DNA of 64,000 nt from Nitrospinota bacterium (GTDB taxonomy: Bacteria; Nitrospinota_A; UBA7883; JACRLM01). Made by a program: the position numbers and the translations under genes. The notes below the pieces were generated by a model. It saw nothing but the letters and a program-made list of their open reading frames with translations, searched no databases and had not been told where the DNA came from. This document shows, piece by piece, positions 1 to 16,128 of this stretch (position 1 is its first letter; every line of letters begins with the position of its first letter). The stretch lies in the NCBI GenBank assembly GCA_016235255.1, contig JACRLM010000066.1, forward strand, positions 4,179 through 68,178, read 5' to 3'.

Positions 1-3421
<3,421 letters not shown>

Positions 3422-3429
<8 letters not shown>

Positions 3430-3459
3430 GGGCGGGCCTTTGGCCCGTTCTTTATCCGG
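3422..3459 (+). promoter_or_regulatory. Stem-loop plus U-rich tract in the rpoB-rpoC spacer (possible partial terminator or processing site)
   Basis: CGGGCC-ttt-GGCCCG hairpin followed by TTCTTTAT. It is nested in an outer ccggat...atccgg inverted repeat and lies 50 nt upstream of the rpoC ATG. Confidence 0.3.
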
Positions 3460-3508
3460 CGGATCAGGATTGTTACAGAGAGCTTAAGAAACTTACAGCT
3501 TAGGAGAT

Positions 3509-7675
<4,167 letters not shown>

Positions 7676-7706
7676 ACTTTGTAAAGTCCAGGTTCGATTT
7701 ATGCTA

Positions 7707-7746
7707 AAAAGGCCGGTGAGCAAGTAGCCACCGGCCTTTCTTTTGG
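7707..7746 (+). terminator. Rho-independent terminator after rpoC
   Basis: aaaaaGGCCGGTGagcaagtagCCACCGGCCtttcttttgg: an 8-bp GC-rich stem followed by a T-tract, 32 nt after the rpoC stop. Confidence 0.7.
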
Positions 7747-7771
7747 ATTCGATCAGGCCACAGCGAGGCAT

Positions 7772-9565
7772 ATGGCGCGATTTGGGTGGATACAATCCAG
7801 GCTCGGTAAGGCGATGGAAGACGCCTTCATCAAAAAGCCGCAACATGAGCACACCGCGTTCCTAATCACCGCCGGAATCCTGGGGGCGGCCTGCGGCGCC
7901 ACGGCGGTGCTGTTCGAGAGGATGATCGCCGAGTTCCGCTTCCTTTTTTTCGACGCCTCAGCCGCCCTGTTCACCGCCGATTCTTCGGTGTACCGCTACG
8001 CCGTCATCCCGCTGATACCCGCATTGGGCGGCCTTATCGTGGGGCTTATGACCTGGTGGTTCAAAATGGGGAACGAGACCGCATCCGCCGCCGAAGTAAT
8101 GAAATGGGCGGCGGTGGACGGAGGGGTGGTCCGGCCCAGGACGGTGTGGTTCCGTACGCTTGCCACCTCCATATTCCTGGGCTCCGGAGGCTCCGGCGGA
8201 AGGGAAGGGCCAATCGCCCAGATCGCCGGCGCGTTGGGATCGGTGTTCGGCCAGGTGTTGCATGCGTCCACGGAGAGGCTGCGGGTGCTGGTGGGATGCG
8301 GGGCGGCGGCCGGCATAGCCGCTTCGTTCAATGCCCCCATAGCGGGCGTGATCTTCACCGTGGAGATCGTGCTGGGGGATTTTAACGTGGTCTCTTTCCT
8401 CCCCATAGTCATTAGCTCCGTGATGGCCACCACCACAAAGCACCTTCTGCTTGGGGGGGACATCCCCACATTCACCGCCCCCGCATACTCGCTGGTGTCG
8501 CCGTGGGAGATATTCCTTTATTTCCTGCTGGGCATTTTCTGCGGGCTTGCGGCAAGGCTGTATTTTGTCACCACATTCGCCGTGGAGGGCTTTTTCAAGA
8601 CGAGGGTGAAGACCCATCCGGTATTCAAGCCGGCCATCGGCGGCTTTATCGTGGGGCTTATCGGCATATTCCTCCCCGAAGTGTTCGGCAACGGCTACCA
8701 TGTGATAGACCAGATGCTGTACGGCAAGATGGCGATGAATCTGGCGCTGGTCCTTGTCTTCGCGAAGATCATCGCCACAGCCATTTCATTGGGCTCGGGG
8801 GGCTCTGGCGGCATATTCGCCCCGTCGCTGTTTATTGGCTGCATGACCGGCGGCGCCTTCGGCTATGTGGTGAACACCCTGGCGCCCGGTTCGGTGGCCT
8901 CCCCCGGCGCGTATGCCATGGTTGGCCTTGGCGCGGTGATGGCCGCGGTGGCCCACGCCCCCCTCACCAACATTTTGATGGGATACGAGCTTACCGGCAA
9001 CTACCAGATCATCCTCCCTGTCATGACGTCGTGCATAATGGCCACTTTTGTGATGACCCGTTTTTCGGGAGAATCTTATTACACCGAAAAACTCAAACGG
9101 CGCGGAATCATGCTCTGGCGCGGGCGGGACCTGACGGTGATGGACCGCATCCGGGTGGGGGAGGTGATGACCGAAGGGGTGACTGCGGTGCCGGAAAACC
9201 TTCCGTTCAGGAAAATTATGGAGCTTATCACCACATCGCGGGACAGCTATTTCCCGGTGATCAACCCCTCGGGAGAACTTTCCGGCATCATATCCGTCCA
9301 GAACATACGGGGCATCCTGCTGGACTCGGCGGAGCTTGCGGACCTTGTCGTCGCCAAGGAAATCGCCACGGCAAACGTCATCACTGTCACCGTGGACAAC
9401 AATCTCAACGAGGCCATGGAGCGGTTCGCGCTAAAGGACATAGAGCAGCTCCCGGTCGTGCGCCCAAACGAGCCGAAAAAGGTGATAGGGATGCTTCGCC
9501 GGGTGGACATCATGGCCGCGTACAAAAAAGAGGTGCTGAAAAAATCACAGGTGGAGGAGGTATAA
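7772..9565 (+). CDS. ClC-family voltage-gated chloride channel / H+-Cl- antiporter with C-terminal tandem CBS domains
   Basis: Carries ClC selectivity motifs GSGGSGGREGP, GIFAPSLFIG and GYELTGNY and about 10 predicted TM helices. The C-terminal ~140 aa match the CBS-pair pattern. Confidence 0.85.
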   Translation: MARFGWIQSRLGKAMEDAFIKKPQHEHTAFLITAGILGAACGATAVLFERMIAEFRFLFFDASAALFTADSSVYRYAVIPLIPALGGLIVGLMTWWFKMGNETASAAEVMKWAAVDGGVVRPRTVWFRTLATSIFLGSGGSGGREGPIAQIAGALGSVFGQVLHASTERLRVLVGCGAAAGIAASFNAPIAGVIFTVEIVLGDFNVVSFLPIVISSVMATTTKHLLLGGDIPTFTAPAYSLVSPWEIFLYFLLGIFCGLAARLYFVTTFAVEGFFKTRVKTHPVFKPAIGGFIVGLIGIFLPEVFGNGYHVIDQMLYGKMAMNLALVLVFAKIIATAISLGSGGSGGIFAPSLFIGCMTGGAFGYVVNTLAPGSVASPGAYAMVGLGAVMAAVAHAPLTNILMGYELTGNYQIILPVMTSCIMATFVMTRFSGESYYTEKLKRRGIMLWRGRDLTVMDRIRVGEVMTEGVTAVPENLPFRKIMELITTSRDSYFPVINPSGELSGIISVQNIRGILLDSAELADLVVAKEIATANVITVTVDNNLNEAMERFALKDIEQLPVVRPNEPKKVIGMLRRVDIMAAYKKEVLKKSQVEEV

Positions 9566-9570
9566 GAACA

Positions 9571-10095
9571 ATGACCGCCGCTTCTTTCCAGAAAGTTGTG
9601 TCATCCATTCCAGCCGCGCTCGCGCTTGTGGCCGCGCTTGCCCATGTGTCCTTCGCGCATGGCGGCAAACAGCACGATGAAGAAAAGAAAACGCCCGCCC
9701 CGGCCCAAAGCGTCAAGGCAGATGACACGCTAACGCAAATCAGTGAACGTTATGTGAAGGAGGTTTTGCCGGTCTTCAAGCGCGCCTGTTTTAACTGCCA
9801 CTCGTCGCAGCCGGTGTTCCCGTGGTATTACGCCATCCCCGGCGTTAAGCAGCTTATCAACCATGATATCCGCGAAGCCCGGGAGCATATGGACATGACG
9901 GCCGGTTTCCCTTTCAAGGGGCATGGCAAACCGAAAGAGGATCTGGCGGCGATAATTAAATCGATGGAAAAAGGGACCATGCCGCCGTTGCGCTACCGGA
10001 TATTGCACGGCAATGAAGCCCTAAGCCAGGCCGAAAGGGAAATCATAAAAAAATGGGCCGCCGACGGGCTGGCGCTTATGGAGCGGAAACGTTAA
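9571..10095 (+). CDS. Secreted haem-binding domain protein (CxxCH, cytochrome-like)
   Basis: Strong SD GGAGGAGG lies 8 nt upstream of the ATG at 9571. Signal-peptide-like N-terminus (SSIPAALALVAALAHVSFA) and a single CFNCH haem-binding motif. The 530-aa track ORF 8503..10095 is a frame artefact; only this 3' part is supported. Confidence 0.6.
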   Translation: MTAASFQKVVSSIPAALALVAALAHVSFAHGGKQHDEEKKTPAPAQSVKADDTLTQISERYVKEVLPVFKRACFNCHSSQPVFPWYYAIPGVKQLINHDIREAREHMDMTAGFPFKGHGKPKEDLAAIIKSMEKGTMPPLRYRILHGNEALSQAEREIIKKWAADGLALMERKR

Positions 10096-11081
10096 CCTTT
10101 GTTAAGGACTTTTCCGGCGGCGCCGTAAACTTCGTCCACCGTCACCGACGCCATGCACCTGTGGTCCTCCGGGCAGACTCTCTCCCAGCAAGGGGCGCAA
10201 TCGGCCTTGTGATAAATCACGGTCACGTTATCGCCCAGCGGCATGGTCTCCTCCGGCGATGTGGGGCCGAATATGGCCACCACGGGGACTCCGAGGGCGG
10301 AGGCAAGATGCATCGGCCCGGTGTCGTTTGTGATGTACAGCGACAGGCGGGACAGCGCCGCCGCCAGCGTGGCGAGCCCCGTCCTTCCCACGAGGGATAA
10401 CGGGCGGGATTTTGCGTGGGCTTTTGTCCGCGCTTCCAACTCCTTGTCCGATGCGGCCCCTATCAATACCACGTCCGCCTGCCCGGATAGCCGGTCGATC
10501 AGCTCCGCGAATTTTTCAGCCGGCCACATTTTCGCCGAGCCGTAACTTGCGCCGAATCCTATCCCCACCAGAGGCTTTCCGGAAACCGGCAATAGCGAGG
10601 CCGCTTCATCATTTGCTTTGTCTGGAATCACAAGTTTTGCCGGGATAGCTTCCACTTTGGGGAAAAATGCTTTGACCAGGTTGGCGTAATAATCCTGCTG
10701 GTGGAGCGAATGTTTTGGCGGGCGCGGGGCGGCGTGGGTGAGGAGGATGGAGCGCAATTCACCCGCATACCCTATCCTCCGGGGTGAGCCCATCATCATG
10801 GAGCGCCAGGCGGAGTTGAACGAGTTTGGCAGTATAAGCGCCGTGTCATACCTCCCATTCCTTATTCCCCCAATCGCGCTTAAGTCATCCGATGGGTGCG
10901 TGGCGGCCACATCAGGCAGGAGCGAACCTAACTCCATGAATGCGGACTTCACCGCGATGGACATGGAAAGTTCCGGGAACGCTTTTTTCATTCCGTACAG
11001 GGCGGGCAGCGCCATGACGCAATCTCCCAGCCAGTTTGGCATCACCGCCAGCAGTTTTCGGGGTGCGGCCATGTCAGCCAT
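10092..11081 (-). CDS. Glycosyltransferase family 9 (ADP-heptose:LPS heptosyltransferase-like)
   Basis: N-terminal RKLLAVMPNWLGDCVMALPAL is the GT9 heptosyltransferase hallmark. Length 329 aa. Its 3' end overlaps the convergent haem-binding gene by 4 nt. Confidence 0.8.
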   Translation of the reverse strand: MADMAAPRKLLAVMPNWLGDCVMALPALYGMKKAFPELSMSIAVKSAFMELGSLLPDVAATHPSDDLSAIGGIRNGRYDTALILPNSFNSAWRSMMMGSPRRIGYAGELRSILLTHAAPRPPKHSLHQQDYYANLVKAFFPKVEAIPAKLVIPDKANDEAASLLPVSGKPLVGIGFGASYGSAKMWPAEKFAELIDRLSGQADVVLIGAASDKELEARTKAHAKSRPLSLVGRTGLATLAAALSRLSLYITNDTGPMHLASALGVPVVAIFGPTSPEETMPLGDNVTVIYHKADCAPCWERVCPEDHRCMASVTVDEVYGAAGKVLNKG

Positions 11082-12162
11082 TTGCGGCTGTCCCCATGCC
11101 GGTCTTATTTGTGGCGGAGCGGATTATCTCCATGTCGCGCTCAATTTCCTCAAGGTCGGCCACGCCGGGCCTGGTCTTCCAGCGTTTGTGTATCCATAGC
11201 CATTGCTCCGGCGCCTGGCGGATCGCCTCTTCCAATGTCCCGCTTATCCTTGTCATTGCAAGGCGGATGTCCGCGGACCTGTCTCCGGTGACGTTCAACT
11301 CCACCGGGGGATGTATCCTCACCGTGTATGTGTCCGCCGCGTCGTCCCGCGCGCAAAAGACCGGAAGCACCGGAGCCCCGGTCCGCATCCCCATCACCGC
11401 GGGAGTCATGAAAGTGGCGGCGGCCTTGCCGAAGAACGGGACGAAGATGTTGTTGAACCCCGCGTTCTGGTCTATGGCGATTGTCACCACATGGCCGGCC
11501 CGAAGGTGGCGCAGGATTTCCCCGGCGGAGTTTTCCTTTTTTATCACGCCAAGCCCCGTGGCGCACCGGTCGCGGTCTATCAGCCTGTCGAGCATGGGAT
11601 TGTCCACGGTGCGGATCACCGACCACACAGGATATCCCATCACCGCCAATGCGCCGTTGGCCAATTCAAAATGGCCGAAATGCCCCGTGGCCAGGATCAC
11701 ACCTTTTCCCCTGGCGAACGCGTTGGTGAAATTCTCCAGCCCCTCGAACTTCACCAGCTTTGCAAGGCCCCCCCTGTCGAGCAGCGCAAACCGCCCCATC
11801 TCCAGAAGGAACCTTCCGAAATGGCGGAACACGCGGCGGAGAATATTTTCCAGTTCCCAGCGAGGCGCGTCCGGCCACAGGTTGCGGAGGTTTTCGATGG
11901 ACGCATCAATCCTGTTGCGCGAAAGTTTTGTGATTTGCCACCCAAGCCAGCCCACCGCCGAACCGATGGCCAGCGCGGTCTTTCTGGATGCCGCGCGCGA
12001 CAGGAAACTTAGCCCACGGACGAGTTGGTACGCCACAAAGTCCAGGGCGGCGTTCCTTTTTCGGCTCACGGCGTCATCCCCCGGCAAGCTTTGTGAAATT
12101 GCGCAGCAGCGCAAGCCCGGCATTCTGGCTTTTCTCCGGGTGGAACTGGGTGGCGAAAACAT
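11074..12162 (-). CDS. Lipid A biosynthesis (LpxL/HtrB-like) lysophospholipid acyltransferase
   Basis: LPLAT fold with an HX4D/E motif (ATGHFGHFE) and a KRW...IHKRWK C-terminal region. The start is uncertain. The longest ORF overlaps the hisH 3' end by 89 nt; the in-frame GTG at 12069..12067 would remove the overlap. Confidence 0.7.
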   Translation of the reverse strand: MFSPPSSTRRKARMPGLRCCAISQSLPGDDAVSRKRNAALDFVAYQLVRGLSFLSRAASRKTALAIGSAVGWLGWQITKLSRNRIDASIENLRNLWPDAPRWELENILRRVFRHFGRFLLEMGRFALLDRGGLAKLVKFEGLENFTNAFARGKGVILATGHFGHFELANGALAVMGYPVWSVIRTVDNPMLDRLIDRDRCATGLGVIKKENSAGEILRHLRAGHVVTIAIDQNAGFNNIFVPFFGKAAATFMTPAVMGMRTGAPVLPVFCARDDAADTYTVRIHPPVELNVTGDRSADIRLAMTRISGTLEEAIRQAPEQWLWIHKRWKTRPGVADLEEIERDMEIIRSATNKTGMGTAANG

Positions 12163-12694
12163 TCCCGCTTTCTATGGATGATGCGAACGTCTCGCCATAC
12201 TCCGTCATCCCGGTCACGATGCCATCTTCCGGCACGGGGTAATATGAATGGACGAAGTAAAAATCGGTCCCGTCCGCGATCCCCTCGAAAAGTTTTCCTT
12301 TGTTGCGGAAGTTCACCTGGTTCCACCCCATGTGCGGGATTTTATGGCCGGGCGAAGGCTTAAAGCCGAACCTCACGCACCTGCCCCGGAATATCCCAAG
12401 CCCCTTGCACGAGCCGAATTCCTCGCTCTGCTCGAAAAGCATCTGGTAACCGACGCATATGCCAAGGAACGGCCTGCCGGAGGCGATGAAGTCCTTCACC
12501 GGTCCCGTCAACCCGTACTTTTCCAGGTTTCCCATGCACTCGGCGAAGGCGCCCACCCCGGGCAAAACAAGGGCCGTTGCGTCCTTGATGCCGGCTGGCG
12601 ACCGGGATACGACGGCGGAAGCGCCCACCCGCTCGAAAGCTTTCTGGACGCTCCGCAGGTTCCCAACGTCGTAATCGGCGATGACTATCGGCAT
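12074..12694 (-). CDS. hisH: Imidazole glycerol phosphate synthase, glutamine amidotransferase subunit
   Basis: 206 aa. MPIVIADYDVGNLRSV..., catalytic GICVGYQML, C-terminal ATQFHPEKS. Confidence 0.93.
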   Translation of the reverse strand: MPIVIADYDVGNLRSVQKAFERVGASAVVSRSPAGIKDATALVLPGVGAFAECMGNLEKYGLTGPVKDFIASGRPFLGICVGYQMLFEQSEEFGSCKGLGIFRGRCVRFGFKPSPGHKIPHMGWNQVNFRNKGKLFEGIADGTDFYFVHSYYPVPEDGIVTGMTEYGETFASSIESGNVFATQFHPEKSQNAGLALLRNFTKLAGG

Positions 12695-12733
12695 ATTGTG
12701 CGCATTATTGGAAAAACGGCGCCGCCCGGCGGG

Positions 12734-13324
12734 CTACAGCGCGCCTTTTGTGGAGGGGATGGCCCCTTCAAGCCGGCTGTCCAGCCGCACGGCCTGGCCC
12801 AGCGCCCGCGCGATGGCCTTGAACATCGCTTCTACTATGTGATGCAGGTTCGTCCCCCTCCGCGCGTCCACGTGCATGGTCAGCCCCGCGCTGTTCACCA
12901 GCGCCCGGACGAATTCCTCGGCCAGCTCAGCGTCAAACTCGCCTACCTTGCCTTTAGGTATGCTCGCCTCGAACACGCAATAGGGGCGCCCCGAAACGTC
13001 CAGGCTCACCTCCACCAGCGATTCGTTCATCGGTATGGAGGCGAACCCATATCGGGTCATCCCTCGCTTGTCCCCCCAGGCCTGCGAAAGGGCCTGCCCC
13101 AGGGTGATGCCGATGTCCTCCACCGTGTGATGCCCGTCTATGTGCAGGTCTCCTTTCGCCTCCACCTTCATGTCTATGAGAGAGTGGCGCGAAAGATGGT
13201 CGAGCATGTGATCCAAAAAGGGCACGCCCGTGTTGATCGCCGACGTCCCGGCTCCGTCCAGGTCCAACTGGATGGATATGTCGGTCTCGTTTGTCTTCCT
13301 TTTAACCGATGCGGTCCGGCTCAT
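12734..13324 (-). CDS. hisB: Imidazoleglycerol-phosphate dehydratase
   Basis: 196 aa. RKTNETDISIQLDLDG, HIDGHHTVEDIGI, NLHHIVEAMFKA. Confidence 0.93.
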   Translation of the reverse strand: MSRTASVKRKTNETDISIQLDLDGAGTSAINTGVPFLDHMLDHLSRHSLIDMKVEAKGDLHIDGHHTVEDIGITLGQALSQAWGDKRGMTRYGFASIPMNESLVEVSLDVSGRPYCVFEASIPKGKVGEFDAELAEEFVRALVNSAGLTMHVDARRGTNLHHIVEAMFKAIARALGQAVRLDSRLEGAIPSTKGAL

Positions 13325-13423
13325 TTTACCCTGCCAATTATTTACGTAAACTATATTAATAACACGTTATCACCGCATTGACAAACCCACACGCAACGCG
13401 TGCAAAAGGATGGCGTGGACTTC

Positions 13424-13443
13424 CTTTTCTTTGGAAAGAAAAG
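13424..13443. repeat. 9-bp perfect inverted repeat CTTTTCTTTggAAAGAAAAG in the hisB/sspB divergent intergenic region
   Basis: Read directly from the sequence. It sits in the 300-bp divergent promoter region and shares the TTCTTTT core with the second inverted repeat 80 bp downstream. Confidence 0.5.
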
Positions 13444-13522
13444 GAAGCGAAAAGAAACTTTATCTGCGCCGCCTGGGGGGGATGGAATCCCCCACAAGAC
13501 GGCGCACACGGTTTTCTTTTGG

Positions 13523-13550
13523 TTCTTTTCTTTTTCCCAAAAGAAAAGAA
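13523..13550. repeat. 12-bp perfect inverted repeat TTCTTTTCTTTTtcccAAAAGAAAAGAA
   Basis: Read directly from the sequence. Pyrimidine/purine-tract hairpin with a 4-nt loop and GC-rich flanks (ggcgcacacg...cgcccccggc). Candidate operator or bidirectional terminator-like element. Confidence 0.5.
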
Positions 13551-13627
13551 CGCCCCCGGCCCTCTTTTACGCATTGAATTATGGGGTGGAGGGTGGGATA
13601 ATGCCGGAATTTTAACGGTGATCCAAA

Positions 13628-14005
13628 TTGAGCAAGCTACCTGTTTTCGACTGGTTCTATCAGAAGGGCGACGTATTGATCACCGTTGACACGCGTTCGG
13701 CCGACGTGGCCGTGCCTGCGCACTTAAAAGACCGTGAATCGGTGGATTTCATCCTTGGCCAGGTTCCCACGCCCAAGCTCACCTGCGGCGGCAATGGTAT
13801 ATACTCCCCTATGCGATTCGGCGGCGCCATGTTCGACTGTTTTTTCCCGTGGGAATCCATCGTCCGCATCAGCGGGCACGACGCGGTGATCCAGTTCAAG
13901 ATAAACACCGCCGCCCCCGGCCCCGTAGCCGCCGACGCCACGCAGGGCGTTGCCGGGGAAGTCCCCAGGAAAAAGGGAAGGCCGAACTTGCGGGTGGTCA
14001 AATAG
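13628..14005 (+). CDS. sspB: ClpXP adaptor SspB (stringent starvation protein B)
   Basis: Matches the SspB core pattern (VLITVD...VAVPAHL...FILGQVP...MRFGGAMFDCFFPWESIVRI). The C-terminal tail GRPNLRVVK matches the E. coli SspB ClpX-binding LRVVK motif. TTG start: the in-frame stop at 13619 forces the start at 13628. Confidence 0.7.
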   Translation: MSKLPVFDWFYQKGDVLITVDTRSADVAVPAHLKDRESVDFILGQVPTPKLTCGGNGIYSPMRFGGAMFDCFFPWESIVRISGHDAVIQFKINTAAPGPVAADATQGVAGEVPRKKGRPNLRVVK

Positions 14006-14013
14006 CGGGTTTG

Positions 14014-15810
14014 CTATCTCCCTGAAACGGACTCCATCCTTTTCACAAACAGCTCCGCCTCTTCAAAACCTGTGAGCCGAAGTTCCGGTTTCTCGGCGCC
14101 GGATGAGTCTATAAATACGATGGTGGGGACACCGGCCACGTTATATCGCTTTTTCAATTCATCCATGCGCACGTCGCCGCCATGGGTGACGTCCGCCTTG
14201 AGCATTATGAAACCGGAAGAAAGCTCAATCACCCGCTTGTCCGTGAATGTGAAACGGTCCAGCTCCTTGCAGGGGAGGCACCACTCCGCGGAGAAGTCCA
14301 CTATCACAGGTTTCCCGGCTGCGGCGGCGATGGCCTCGCTGGAAGCGGCGCGCCAATCAATGGCCGGGCCGGAGGTTGATTTTGCCGGATATGCGATATA
14401 GCCCCCCATCGCAATCAGGGCAACGCCCAGAGTCCATTTTGCTGTTTTAAGGCCAGCCCCGCCGGCCTTGACAGAGGATATCCACCCCAGGAAAACGCCG
14501 GTGCCGATGATGAACACGCCGATGGCGGGTTTGTACAAGGTTTTAGGGATAAGCGGTTCCAGGAAATAAATGGCCATGCCCAGCATGATAAATCCGAACA
14601 CCTGCTTCACCCACACCATCCACACGCCGGAACGCGGCAGGGACGATAGTCCGCCGGAGAACAGCGCCAGCGCCACGAACGGCAAGCCCAGCCCCAGCGA
14701 CAGCGCGAAGAACATGGTGAATCCCAATACAGGATCACCTTTTTCCCCCACGAACGTCAGAAGCCCCAGCACGAAAGGCCCGATGCACGGGGCGGCGATT
14801 ATTCCCACCGTAAGCCCCATCATGAACGTCCCGCCAAGCCCCTCGCGGTTCTTCCCCCCCATGTCCATAAGGAAGGAAGGCATCCTTATCTCGTAAAAAC
14901 CGAACATGGCGAAGGCCAGCCCCGCCATGACCCCGGCGATTAACAGCACCACGGCCCAATGCTGCAGGGCCCCGCCGAACAGGCCGCCTGTGAGCGCCGC
15001 GAACAGCCCAAGGGACGAATACATGGCCGACATGCCCAGAAGGTAGAGCAGCGCATGGACGAACAGTTTCCCTTTTTTCTTTTCGCTCTGCCCGCCGAAA
15101 TAGGAGACCGTCACCGGGATGAGCGGATACACGCACGGCGTAAGGTTTAGCGCCAGCCCGCCGATGAACACGAAAAGGTAAGTGAGCGCCAGCCCGTGCT
15201 TTGCAAGATAGTCCTCGATCTGGTTCTTTGATCCTGTGGAGGCTCCATCCCCGGCGGATTGCTTAAAAAGCCCTTCGTTGGCGCTATATATATCCTCATT
15301 TAATGGCGCTCCCTGTTTGCCCGGTTCGGAGACTTTCAGCGGAACGGAGATTTGCACGTTGGAAGGCGCCAGGCAAGACTTGTCGTTGCACGCCTGGATC
15401 GTAAGCGTGGCGCGGACGGAATGTTCCCCGGCGGGAGCGTCCTGCGCGATCGCAAGGCTCGATCCGATATAAGTGTCCCCCTCGTAAACGGAAAGAGGCT
15501 CCGGTGAAAAGGAGAATTTGGCCATCTTCCCGGAGGGGTATATCACCCTGCCGGGGCTTATCTTGTCCGTCCCGGCCAAGGCGATGACAGTGGGGACCAA
15601 CCCTTCCATCGAAGGAGTATGCGACTGGCCGTGCCAACCCTCCTTGAAACGCAGCCGGAACAGGACGGGGAAAGAAGAGCCCCGCTCGTGGCTTTCGCGC
15701 GCGGGGACGTATGAGAACTCCACCACGCTTTTGCTCGGCACAAGCTGCGCCCAACCGGCCTGGGCGGCCAGCGCAACGGCGAAGAGCGCCAGAAGAAACC
15801 TTTTCATCAT
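14014..15810 (-). CDS. dsbD: Thiol:disulfide interchange protein DsbD (signal peptide, N-terminal domain, TM core, C-terminal thioredoxin domain)
   Basis: Signal peptide MMKRFLLALFAVALAAQAGWA starts at 15810. Central TM core has the conserved CVYPLIP and AAPCIGP motifs. C-terminal thioredoxin domain has WCLPCKELD. The 711-aa track ORF is an upstream frame extension, rejected. Confidence 0.85.
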   Translation of the reverse strand: MMKRFLLALFAVALAAQAGWAQLVPSKSVVEFSYVPARESHERGSSFPVLFRLRFKEGWHGQSHTPSMEGLVPTVIALAGTDKISPGRVIYPSGKMAKFSFSPEPLSVYEGDTYIGSSLAIAQDAPAGEHSVRATLTIQACNDKSCLAPSNVQISVPLKVSEPGKQGAPLNEDIYSANEGLFKQSAGDGASTGSKNQIEDYLAKHGLALTYLFVFIGGLALNLTPCVYPLIPVTVSYFGGQSEKKKGKLFVHALLYLLGMSAMYSSLGLFAALTGGLFGGALQHWAVVLLIAGVMAGLAFAMFGFYEIRMPSFLMDMGGKNREGLGGTFMMGLTVGIIAAPCIGPFVLGLLTFVGEKGDPVLGFTMFFALSLGLGLPFVALALFSGGLSSLPRSGVWMVWVKQVFGFIMLGMAIYFLEPLIPKTLYKPAIGVFIIGTGVFLGWISSVKAGGAGLKTAKWTLGVALIAMGGYIAYPAKSTSGPAIDWRAASSEAIAAAAGKPVIVDFSAEWCLPCKELDRFTFTDKRVIELSSGFIMLKADVTHGGDVRMDELKKRYNVAGVPTIVFIDSSGAEKPELRLTGFEEAELFVKRMESVSGR

Positions 15811-16060
15811 GCTTCCGGAATTAAAAAAACAATTATCCCATGTGAAACGGCGTACCGCAAAAATAAGAGGGGCGGGGCGCCGCTTTTGTAGCGCCGGCAT
15901 CTTGCCGGCAATTGCCACCGGGACGGTGGCGTTACACAGGAAAGTCCGTGGCGACCGCCCTTGCGGGCTACAACACCCCGGACAGCGATTCGTTCCCCTT
16001 GGGAGCGGTATTACGCTCACCGGGCAACTTGGCTCAAACACACCCAGCCAACGATTAAGC

Positions 16061-16069
16061 TGATATAAT
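16061..16069 (+). promoter_or_regulatory. Extended -10 promoter element (TGaTATAAT) for the GT2 operon
   Basis: tgatataat at 16061..16069, about 60 nt upstream of the GT2 start. No good -35 element, consistent with an extended -10 promoter. Confidence 0.4.
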
Positions 16070-16128
16070 GCCCGCCAAGGCCGATCTTGATTGGTAGATA
16101 AAAACATAAATATTTCGAATCCGGCTAT

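Noticed and set aside
8503-10095. 530-aa plus-strand ORF spanning the 3' half of the ClC gene and the haem-binding gene
   Set aside because: The first ~355 codons are an alternate frame of the ClC channel. Only the segment from the ATG at 9571, preceded by a strong SD, is a plausible independent gene.
12248-13381. 377-aa plus-strand ORF
   Set aside because: It is antisense to hisH and hisB, which have unambiguous conserved motifs.
15930-16060. Possible RNase P RNA, from the exact AGGAAAGUCCG P4-like motif
   Set aside because: The available intergenic space is about 320 nt, with only about 190 nt of GC-rich structure. The other universally conserved RNase P regions, such as the GNRA-capped P12 and the ACAGAACCCGGCUUA 3' motif, were not found. 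It is kept only as an unexplained structured spacer.
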